From contig CATNEN010000026.1 in the NCBI GenBank assembly GCA_950097015.1, forward strand, positions 744,001-808,000: DNA of 64,000 bases, read 5' to 3'. The position numbers and the translations under genes are program-made. The notes beneath the pieces are model-generated. The model had not been told where the DNA came from. It saw nothing but the letters and a program-made list of their open reading frames with translations, and did no database searches. Origin of the DNA: Macrostomum hystrix. Taxonomy: Eukaryota > Animalia > Platyhelminthes. Positions 24,301-36,300 of this stretch are shown piece after piece (positions within the stretch are counted from its first letter, which is position 1; every line of letters begins with the position of its first letter).

Positions 24301-27300
24301 TCGATGAGACCAGGTTTGTTCCAGTGAAAACTGAGGGAGACAGTGAAAAGGGGAGCGTTAATTGCTAGTCGTTGCTCTAAATTCTGTTCATCAGCTCGTC
24401 ACCATTTTCAGCTTAGCTGCGCCATCAACTTTGAACTGCCATTAACTTATAATACTGACAGTCTAATAACATTTTAGGACAGAAGTATCACACTGGTTAC
24501 AGAAGTGTCACACTAGTTACAGAAGTGTCACACTAGTTACAGAAGTATCACACTGGTTACAGAAGTGTCACACTAGTTACAGAAGTATCACACTGGTTAC
24601 AGAAGTATCACACTAGTTACTGAAGTGTCACACTAGTTACAGAAGTGTCACACTAGTTACAGAAGTGTCACACTGGTTACTGAATTATCACACTAGTTGC
24701 TGAAGTATCACATTGGTCACTGAAGTATCACGCTGGTTACTCATCGGTGAATCAGATTAGACGATGGTGGCGGCAGCGGCGGCGTAGTCGTCAGCGGCGG
24801 TGCGATGGGGTTTCACGCGATAAATCCGCAGACGGTCATCACCGGCCAACCGCCGCTGCCGCCCTCCGCCTCCAGGCGTGTCAGCGGAGTTCGCTTCCGA
24901 CCATCGTTCGGCGGAACGCCGCGATCGCCTTTGATGGCTTCCGAGTAAAATAAAAAAATGAAAAAATGAATTCTGAAATTCCTATTTTCATCCTCATCAA
25001 CCGACTCCAATAGAAGTGCAGAAAGCCTGAGCTGCAATAAAATATTCCCATTTTTTCTCGATTCCCTCTGCTCAATGGTCTGATTGAGGAAAACACCGAC
25101 TCGGAATGGAGGTTCTCAGCAGTGTTGCAATGAGCTCAGTCACTTCCTCTGCCGTCTTTCTTTAGCTTTCCTCAATCACTTTTTTACTCAATTTCCAGAT
25201 TCAAGACATTTCCTAGCCCACTTCAAAATCTTCTTTCATTCGTACACATTTTCATACCCTGCATTTTCTCATTCTCTATGAATTGAGGTGAGCGATTAAT
25301 TCCCTTCACACTTTCTTTCAATTCCTTCCATTACAAATGTTTTTCTCTCTCCTTACATTTCCCTCTCCCTTCATTTCTCTCTCCCTTCATTTTTCTCTCC
25401 CTTCATTTCCCTCTCCCTTCATTTCCCTCTCCTTACATTTCTCTCTCCTTACATTTCCCTCTCCCTTCATTTTTCTCTCCCTTCATTTCCCTCTCCCTTC
25501 ATTTCCCTCTCCTTACATTTCTCTCTCCTTACATTTCCCTCTCCCTTCATTTTTCTCTCCCTTCATTTCCCTCTCCCTTCATTTCCCTCTCCTTACATTT
25601 CTCTCTCCTTACATTTCCCTCTCCCTTCATTTTTCTCTCCCTTCATTTCCCTCTCCCTTACATTTCCCTCTCCCTTCATTTCTCTCTCCCTTCATTTCTC
25701 TCTCCCTTCATTTCTCTCTCCTTACATTTGCCTCTCCCTTCATTTCTCTCTCCCTACATTTCCCTCTCCCTTGATTTGTCTCTCCCTTCATTTCTCTCTC
25801 CCTACATTTCCCTCTCCCTTCATTTCTTTCTCCCTTTCATTTCTTTCTCCCTTCATTTCTCTCTCCCTTCATTTCTCTCTCCCTTCATTTCTCTCTCCCT
25901 CCATTTATTTCTCCCTTCATTTCTCTCTCCCTTCATTTCTTTCTCCCTTCATTTCTTTCTCCCTTCATTTCTTTCTCTCTCTACTTTCTCTATCTACTAG
26001 CTTCCTTTTAAACCACAAATTTCAAATTTCAACGCAACTCTCATTTATTTATGTCCACCTGCAGTTTCACTGCCACAAGTCAAACCCGTAGTATATTTTA
26101 TACCTAGTTTTTATGACAAATCAATTCATATTTTTCTTGATGCTACGCGGTAAAATCGACTTGAGACTAAAAGACACATAGCTTAAGTACGAGCTATAGT
26201 ATATTTTCTATTGCAAAAAATCCCAGATATCTTTTTTCTCAAAAACATCCCTAACTAGCTACTAACAAACCGCCAAAGTTAGTAGACAATTCATCAAATT
26301 ATAAAGAAAATATCACTGGAGAGCTGAAAATCAAATAAAATCAGATAATAACCAACCTGCAGGCGATTGTGCAACGAAGACGACGACCTGCCCGAGGTGC
26401 CACCAAATGAGGTTCCAAACGAGGTGCGCGACTGGCTAGCCTCCACCTTCACCAGGTCGCAAACTTCCCTGAAGCAGAGCCGGGAGAAGCCGCGATTCCG
26501 CAGCGTGGCCAACGCCATCCGGGCTGGCATCATGGTCGAGAGGATCTACCGCCGACTGTCCAGCTCCAGCAACATCAGCGTGCCGCCCAATGTGCTCATA
26601 CTGCTCAAGGTGATCACGGAACCGGCTGTTTGGGTGCTTGCGAGTGACTGGAGGTATTGAGAGTGACTGGCAGTAGTTGAGAGTGACTGGCAGTAGTTGA
26701 GAGTGACTGGCAATAGTTGGGAGTGACTGGCAGTAGTTGAGAGTGACTGATAGTAGTTGAGAGTGACTGGCAGTAGTTGAGAGTGACTGGCAATAGTTGG
26801 GAGTGACTGATAGTAGTTGAGAGTGACTGGCAATAGTTGGGAGTGACTGGCAGTAGCTGGGAGTGACTGGCAGTAGTTGAGAGTGACTGGCAATAGTTGG
26901 GAGTGACTGGCAGTAGTTGAGAGTGACTGAAAGTAGTTGAGAGTGACTGGCAATAGTTGAGAGTGACTGATGGTAGTTGAGAGTGACTGGCAGTAGTTGA
27001 GAGTGACTGATAGTAGTTGAGAGTGACTGGCAGTAGTTGAGAGTGACTGGCAATAGTTGGGAGTGACTGGTAGTAGTTGAGAGTGACTGATAGTAGTTGA
27101 GAGTGACTGGCGATAGTTGGGAGTGACTGGCAGTAGTTGAGAGTGACTGATAGTAGTTGGGAGTGACTGGCAGTAATTGAGAGTGACTGATAGTAGTTGA
27201 GAGTGACTGGCAGTAGTTGAGAGTGACTGACAGTAGTTGAGTGTGACTGGCAATAGTTGAGAGTGACTGGCAATAGTTGAGAGTGACTGACAGTAGTTGA

Positions 27301-30300
27301 GTGTGACTGGCAATAGTTGAGAGTGACTGGCAGTTGTTGAGAGTGACTGGCAGTTGTTGAGTGTGACTGGCAATAATTGAGTGTGACTGACGGTAGTTGA
27401 GTGTGACTGGCAATAATTGAGTGTGACTGACAGTAGTTGAGTGTGCCTGGCAATAGTTGAGAGTGACTGGCAGTTGTTGAGAGTGACTGGCAGTTGCTGA
27501 GTGTGACTGGCAATAATTGAGTGTGACTGACGGTAGTTGAGTGTGACTGGCAATAATTGAGTGTGACTGACGGTAGTTGAGTGTGCCTGGCAATAGTTGA
27601 GAGTGACTGACAGTAGTTGAGTGTGACTGGCAATAGTTGAGAGTGACTGGCAGTTGTTGAGAGTGACTGGCAGTTGTTGAGAGTGACTGGCAATAGTTGA
27701 GTGTGACTGACGGTAGTTGAGTGTGACTGGCAATAGTTGAGAGTGACTGACAGTAGTTGAGTGTGACTGGCAATAGTTGAGAGTGACTGGCAGTTGTTGA
27801 GAGTGACTGGCAGTTGTTGAGTGTGACTGGCAATAATTGAGTGTGACTGACAGTAGTTGAGTATGACTGGCAATGATTGAGAGTGACTGGCAGTAGCAGA
27901 GAGTGACTGGCAGTAGTTGAGAGTGTCTGGCAATAATTGAGAGTGACTGACAGTAGTTGAGTGTGACTGACAATAGTTGAGAGTGTCTGGCAATAATTGA
28001 GAGTGACTGACAGTAGTTGAGTTTGACTGGCAATAGTTGAGAGTGACTGGCAGTTGTTGAGAGTGACTGGCAGTTGTTGAGTGTGACTGGCAATAATTGA
28101 GTGTGACTGACAGTAGTTGAGTGTGACTGGCAATAATTGAGACTGACTGACAGTAGTTGAGTGTGACTGGCAATAGTTGAGAGTGACTGATAGTAGTTGA
28201 GAGTGACTGGCAGTTGTTGAGAGTGACTGGCAATAATTGAGAGTGACTGGCAGTAGCAGAGAGTGACTGGCAGTAGTTGAGAGTGTCTGGCAATAATTGA
28301 GACTGACTGACAGTAGTTGAGTGTGACTGACAATAGTTGAGAGTGTCTGGCAATAATTGAGAGTGACTGACAGTAGTTGAGTGTGACTGGCAATAATTGA
28401 GAGTGACTGACAGTAGTTGAGTGTGACTGGCAATAGTTGAGAGTGACTGACAGTAGTTGAGTGTGACTGGCAATAGTTGAGAGTGACTGACAGTAGTTGA
28501 GTGTGACTGGCAATAGTTGAGAGTGACTGACAGTAGTTGAGTGTGACTGGCAATAGTTGAGAGTGACTGGCAGTTGTTGAGAGTGACTGGCAGTTGTTGA
28601 GTGTGACTGGCAATAATTGAGTGTGACTGACAGTAGTTGAGTGTGACTGGCAATAATTGAGACTGACTGACAGTAGTTGAGTGTGACTGGCAATAGTTGA
28701 GAGTGACTGATAGTAGTTGAGAGTGACTGGCAGTTGTTGAGAGTGACTGGCAATAATTGAGAGTGACTGGCAGTAGCAGAGAGTGACTGGCAGTAGTTGA
28801 GAGTGTCTGGCAATAATTGAGACTGACTGACAGTAGTTGAGTGTGACTGACAATAGTTGAGAGTGTCTGGCAATAATTGAGAGTGACTGACAGTAGTTGA
28901 GTGTGACTGGCAATAATTGAGAGTGACTGACAGTAGTTGAGTGTGACTGGCAATAGTTGAGAGTGACTGACAGTAGTTGAGTGTGACTGGCAATAGTTGA
29001 GAGTGACTGACAGTAGTTGAGTGTGACTGGCAATAGTTGAGAGTGACTGACAGTAGTTGAGTGTGACTGGCAATAGTTGAGAGTGACTGGCAGTTGTTGA
29101 GAGTGACTGGCAATAGTTGAGAGTGACTGGCAGTTGTTGAGAGTGACTGGCAGTTGTTGAGAGTGACTGGCAGTTGTTGAGTGTGACTGGCAGTTGTTGA
29201 GTGTGACTGGCAATAATTGAGAGTGACTGACAGTAGTTGAGAGTGACTGGCAATAGTTGAGAGTGACTGGCAATAGTTGAGAGTGACTGGCAATAGTTGA
29301 GAGTGACTGGCAATAGTTGAGAGTGACTGGCAATAATTGAGAGTGACTGGCAGTAGCAGAGAGTGACTGGCAGTAGCAGAGAGTGACTGGCAGTAGTTGA
29401 GAGTGTCTGGCAATAATTGAGAGTGACTGGCAATAGTTGAGAGTGACTGGCAATAGTTGAGAGTGACTGGCAATAATTGAGAGTGACTGGCAGTAGCAGA
29501 GAGTGACTGGCAGTAGCAGAGAGTGACTGGCAGTAGTTGAGAGTGTCTGGCAATAATTGAGAGTGACTGGCAATAGTTGAGAGTGACTGGCAATAGTTGA
29601 GAGTGACTGGCAATAATTGAGAGTGACTGGCAGTAGCAGAGAGTGACTGGCAGTAGCAGAGAGTGACTGGCAGTAGTTGAGAGTGTCTGGCAATAATTGA
29701 GAGTGACTGGCAATAGTTGAGAGTGACTGGCAATAGTTGAGAGTGACTGGCAATAATTGAGAGTGACTGGCAGTAGCAGAGAGTGACTGGCAGTAGCAGA
29801 GAGTGACTGGCAGTAGTTGAGAGTGTCTGGCAATAATTGAGAGTGACTGGCAATAGTTGAGAGTGACTGGCAATAGTTGAGAGTGACTGGCAATAGTTGA
29901 GAGTGACTGGCAATAATTGAGAGTGACTGGCAGTAGCAGAGAGTGACTGGCAGTAGCAGAGAGTGACTGGCAGTAGTTGAGAGTGTCTGGCAATAATTGA
30001 GAGTGACTGGCAATAGTTGAGAGTGACTGGCAATAATTGAGAGTGACTGGCAATAATTGAGAGTGACTGGCAATAATTGAGAGTGACTGGCAATAGTTGA
30101 GAGTGACTGGCAATAATTGAGAGTGACTGGCAATAGTTGAGAGTGACTGGCAATAATTGAGAGTGACTGGCAGTAGCAGAGAGTGACTGGCAGTAGCAGA
30201 GAGTGACTGGCAGTAGCAGAGATTGATCGATGAAATCTAAAGAATCAAAATCGTCGTGTTTTCAAACCAAGCTCACTGTTCATTTTTAACACCCCTCCAG

Positions 30301-33300
30301 GCCGGATTAGACGACTGGTGCTTCGACATTTTCGAACTAAACGACGCATCCGACAATCACGCGATGAAATTTGTCGGCTACGAGCTGCTGCACAAATACG
30401 ACTTGATTAACAAGTTCAAGGTGAGTTTTTCAGCGCGTCAAAAGTCTAAGCCAATGCGATATTTTAAAGGCTTGCGACGTACCTAGACTTTAAAAAATTT
30501 GAGCATAAACAAATATAATTGAAGCTAATATGGGATTCTAATCGCTCGTTTGTTTTTTAACGAAGCTCTTACAAACAATTTATCGTGATTCTAAATGAAA
30601 AGAAGCTTTTCAAGTACATTCGATGATAGCTCGTAAAGAGCCTAGTTTAAACCGGATGAGGCTCTCTACCTAAACTGGCTGGCTAAATAGTCATAGAGGC
30701 GTAGCGAATGATAAATAAAAAATATTACTCAGCTGAATGAGGCTCTCTACGTAAACTGACAAATAAAAGTTTCAAGTTTTCGAATATATACAATCTGATG
30801 AGGTTCTCAACGTATACTGTGGGACTAAAAGCTCATTCGTTAGAGTTTGCGCTGAATAAGAATTGCATTTTTTCGATTTTTCTTCATGAGGCTCTCGAAG
30901 TTCACTGCTCTAGGAAACGCGTTCTATCGCGGTAAAATAATTCCAGATCAACACCAATGTACTGGAAAACTTTCTGTACAAACTGGAAGAGGGATACAGC
31001 AAGTGGGGCAACCCGTATCACAATCTGGTGCACGGAGCTGATGTCGCTCAGACGTGTCACTTCATCATGAGCTCGTCTAAACTTGTGGTGAGTTGTTGGT
31101 TGCATCAGTTATATATTTCGCAGTTGTGATATTCAACATATTCTTCAAATACCTTCACCCCTAGTTAAGAAGCATATTTTATTTCTAAGAAAAAAATTGT
31201 TTCACAGTCTCAGTCTCACAATCTCACAGTCTCAGTCTCACAATCTCACAGTCTCAGTCTCTCAATCTCCCAGTATCAGTCTCACAATCTCACAGTCTCA
31301 GTCTCACAATCTCACAGTCTCACTCTCTCAATCTCACAATCTCAGTCTCACAATCTCACAGTCTCAGTCTCACAATCTCACAGTCTCAGTCTCACAATCT
31401 CACAGTCTCAGTCTCTCAATCTCACAGTCTCAGTCTCTCAATCTCACAGTCTCAGTCTCACAATCTCACAGTCTCAGTCTCACAATCTCACAGTCTCAGT
31501 CTCACAATCTCACAGTCTCAGTCTCAAAATCTCACAGTCTCAGTCTCACAATCTCACAGTCTCAGTCTCACAATCTCACAGTCTCACTCTCTCAATCTCA
31601 CAGTCTCAGTCTCACAATCTCACAGTCTCAGTCTCACAATCTCACAATCTCAGTCTCACAATCTCACAGTCTCAGTCTCACAATCTCACAATCTCAGTCT
31701 CACAATCTCACAGTCTCACTCTCTCAATCTCACAATCTCAGTCTCACAATCTCACAGTCTCAGTCTCACAATCTCACAGTCTCACTCTCTCAATCTCACA
31801 ATCTCAGTCTCACAATCTCACAGTCTCAGTCTCACAATCTCACAGTCTCACTCTCTCAATCTCACAGTCTCAGTCTCACAATCTCACAGTCTCAGTCTCA
31901 CAATCTCACAATCTCAGTCTCACAATCTCACAGTCTCAGTCTCACAATCTCACAATCTCAGTCTCACAATCTCACAGTCTCACTCTCTCAATCTCACAAT
32001 CTCAGTCTCACAATCTCACAGTCTCAGTCTCACAATCTCACAGTCTCACTCTCTCAATCTCACAATCTCAGTCTCACAATCTCACAGTCTCAGTCTCACA
32101 ATCTCACAGTCTCACTCTCTCAATCTCACAGTCTCAGTCTCACAATCTCACAGTCTCAGTCTCACAATCTCACAATCTCAGTCTCACAATCTCACAGTCT
32201 CAGTCTCACAATCTCACAATCTCAGTCTCACAATCTCACAGTCTCACTCTCTCAATCTCACAATCTCAGTCTCACAATCTCACAGTCTCAGTCTCACAAT
32301 CTCACAGTCTCACTCTCTCAATCTCACAATCTCAGACTCACAGTCTCACATTCTCACTCTCTCAATCTCACAGTCTCACAGTCTCAGTCTCATAATATTA
32401 CAGTCTCAGTCTCACAGTCTAGCAGTCACACAATCTCATTAGATCGTTGCGCACTTACTCTTGACTGCTTTTCCATCTCGATTTTATCTAGTAATATTTC
32501 AGAGAAATAATAAATTTTGTGACTCCAGCGGCGGTGTTTCGCTGCAGCCTGAAATTACGCTCCCATGAAAGATTAGATTTTCATTATTCTTGGCTCTTTC
32601 GGTTGGAAAATGGCCCAACAGATTTATGAACTCGGCATGCGACTGGCTGCGCAATGCTTTTCTTTGCAAGCCTAGTTCCTAGTCTTTGCTTCTTGGCTTG
32701 ATTTAGGGTTAAAAGTACATCTTAGTCGTTTCCGTCACTCTATAGCAGGGGTGGGCAAACTCCGGCCCGCGGGCCAGATGCGGCCCTCGAAGCTCCCAAA
32801 TCCGGCCCGTTGCCCCTTCTGACATCTACAGTGTCCTGTTTCATCTCTCTCGTGTCTAATATCTCCCGTGTCTCATCGCTCTCGTATCTAATCTCTCCCG
32901 TGTCTAGTCTCTCCCGTGTCTAATTTCTCCCGTATCTATCTCTTCCCTGTCTTATCTCTCCCGTGTCTAATCTCTCCCGTGTCTCATCGCTCTCGTATCT
33001 AATCTCTCCCGTGTCTAGTCTCTCCCGTGTCTAATTTCTCCCGTGTCTAATCTCTCCCGTGTCTAATCTCTCCCGTGTCTAATCTCTCCCGTGTCTAATT
33101 TCTCCCGTGTCTAATCTCTTCCCTGTCTAATCTCTCCCGTGTCTAATCTCTCCCGTGTCTAATCTCTCCCGTGTCTAATCTCTTCCCTGTCTTATCTCTC
33201 CCGTGTCTCATCTCTCTCGTGTCCCATCTCTCCCCTATCTCATATTTATACAGTCAATGCGGCCCGCTGTCGTCTTTTAGGCTCTCTCTTTGGCCCGCCA

Positions 33301-36300
33301 GCAAATAAGTTTGCCCACCCCTGCTCTATAGAGTTTATTCCTTGATCTCTTAGGCACATCATTTGGTGACACCAGACCCGCAACCAGCGAGGAGGCAGTT
33401 CTGCCCATTCCGCTGACTCCTGAGCACACACGCACACAGATACTGTACGCAGGCACACGCTCACACAGGTGTGTACATCTGCCCTGACTTTCTCATCGTC
33501 AGGCAGTGTACACTCTCACTGTGGGCGTAAATTGCACGAAAAGCCCTCAAGTTTGTTAAAAAAAACGCGGAAAAATCTTATTCATATGGTGGACTTTCAC
33601 GAAAATCGGGAGGTATTTAAAATACCTCCTCGTGGTCTTTCCCCAGGGGGGGGGCGGGAAATTGCGTGGTATTTCTACTTTTAACACTCACTGCAAGCTT
33701 TTGTACTCTTGTTGTTTATCTGGCCCCACAATAACGTTATTCGCCACTGCAGAACTGGCTAACAGACCTGGAGATTTTCGCTACCATAGTTGCCGCCCTG
33801 GTCCACGACTACGAGCATACGGGCACCACCAACAGTTTCCACGTGAACACTAGCTCAGATTTGGCCCTGCTGTACAATGACAAAGGCGTGCTGGAAAACT
33901 ATCACGTCAGCGCAGTATTCCGCCTGCTTCGGGAGGAGGATTACAACATCCTGACCGGCCTGTCCAGGGAGGAGTACAAGTGAGCATTTTTCCCACTCCA
34001 TATAATCATAGGTACAGTGGGGGTTGTACCCTAGTGGTTATAGCGTCGGACTTCCAACAGAGTGGGGGTTCGATTCCTATGAAGATCGGGGGTTCGATTC
34101 CTATGAAGGTCAGGGGTTTGATTCCTATGAAGGTCAGGGGTTCGATTCCTATGAAGGTCGGGGGTTCAATTCCCGACTCCATTAAAAATTTCTGTCCTAA
34201 ACCAAGACATTGCTTAACTTTGCATTGCTTCAGTTCACCCGGCTGTTAAATTGGTACCAGCATCAGCTGGGATAAATGAGGGGGTTGGGCGTGCGCCTCC
34301 CAGTCCATGGACTGAAAAGCCGTACGTAGCCTTCAGATGCTCCGCGAAATAGGTATATATATAGAGTGTACTCCTAGCCCAGTTGTGCGAACCGAAAACC
34401 TCAAGGACAGAACGAAAACAGAAGAAAAAACGCACCCGTTGCAGAGAATTTCGCGGCCTTGTGGTCGATATGGTACTGAATACGGACATGAGCCTGCACT
34501 TTCAGCAGATCAAAAACATGAAGCAGCTACTCTCCATGCCTGAGAAGTGAGTACATTCTGAGTCTGTCTGCATGCTCTCAGACAATTAGTTTCTTCTGGT
34601 ATATAAGCCTTCTGACGGCAAGCCATATTTGCTTTGAATCTGCTGCGATTCTTATGAGGTTCTGCTGCGATTCCTATGAGATTCAGCTGCGATTCTTATG
34701 AGATTCAGCTGCGATTCCTATGAGATTCCGCTGCGATTCTTATGAGATTCAGCTGCGATTCCTATTAGATTCTGCTGCGATTCCTATGAGATTCTGCTGC
34801 GATTCCTATGAGGTTCTGCTGCGATTCCTATGAGATTCTGCTGCGATTCTCATGAGATTGCGATTCTCATGGGATTCTGTTGCGATTCTCATGGGATTCT
34901 GTTGCGATTCTCATGAGATTGAGATGCGATTCTTATGAGATTCTGCTGCGATTCCAATGAGATTCCGCTGCGATTCTTATGAGATTCTGCTGCGATTCCA
35001 ATGAGATTCCGCTGCGATTCTTATGAGATTCTGTTGCGATTCTCATGAGATTGAGATGCGATTCTTAACAGATTATGCTGCGATTGTCTTATGAATTCCT
35101 GCTCATGTGTTTGATTTGAATGCATATCAATATTATCAATATTTTTGTCATTGTTAATTTTTTTATAATTGCTTTTAATCGAATTATGTAGTAAATCAAG
35201 TATAGAGGGCATGTAACGAATACTACAACAATCTAATGCTGCAAAGCTGGATATACTCGTATTTTTTGTTTATTTTTGGTCGCTTTAATTACTTTTCTGC
35301 ATGATATTTGTCTTTTGCAGCAGATTTTTTTTAAAGAAACAGTTTTTCATTTTTTGCTACACACAGTTCGTCTGGTTTTTAGATATTTTCCCCCGTTTTT
35401 TTAAATGGACTGAAATATCTGCATCATGCTACTGTTAGTAGACTAATTGCATTTCGTAGTAGTACAAAGCAAGCAGCTTTGAAACGCTTTACACGCGATC
35501 TTTGCGCAAAGGATGCCGGATCAGGAGTGGATGTTCTTTGGCGACGGCTCCAACGAGATGCGACCGCGGCGCACCATCTTGATCACCTTTCCCTGCGGGC
35601 AAGGACAGGATTTGATTGGCCTCCAATGATCCCTCACTTCCTCACATACCAGCACCTGAACCCGCTACCCACGGAATAAGCATTATCATCGACCACTTCT
35701 TTACTATTGGCCAACTGCGAAAAATCTAAATTAGTTTTCCCTTTAGCATAACTGCACCAACTTTCACGGCAGATGAACTGACACCATGTTTCATTGCCTA
35801 ACCATTTTTTCTCTGGATAGTCGCGACGGAATCTCACTGTCTCAGTCTCACTCAATCTCACTGTCTCAGTCTCACTCAATCTCACCGTGTCAGTCTCACT
35901 CAATCTCACTGTCTCAGTCTCACTCAATCTCACTGTCTCAGTCTCACTCAATCTCACTGTCTCAGTCTCACTCAATCTCACTGTCTCAGTCTCACTCGAT
36001 CTCACTAAATCAATCTCACTGTCTCAATCTCACTGCATCGATCTCACTCAATCAATCTCACTAAAGCAATCTCACTGTCTTCATCTCACTCAATCAATCT
36101 CACTGTCTTCATCTCACTCAATCAATCTCACTGTCTTCATCTCACTCAATCAATCTCACTGTCTTCATCTCACTCAATTAATCTCACTGTCTTCATCTCA
36201 CTCAATCAATCTCACTGTCTTCATCTCACTCAATCAATCTCACTGTCTTCATATCACTCAATCAATAGCACTCAATCTCACTCACTCAGTCAATCTCACT

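Noticed and set aside
26436-30153. Three ORFs of about 1200 aa on the minus strand
   Set aside because: All are translations of the 20-nt satellite. A unit not divisible by 3 with no stop in its 60-nt super-period opens all three frames. They are antisense to a PDE1 intron.
30650-30900. ATGAGGCTCTC motif four times with unique 60-90-nt spacing (CRISPR-like), including a CTGATGA at 30795
   Set aside because: The repeat is short and degenerate, spacing is irregular, it lies in a eukaryotic intron with no cas genes, and no hammerhead stem II/GAAA follows. It is best read as a decayed tandem repeat.
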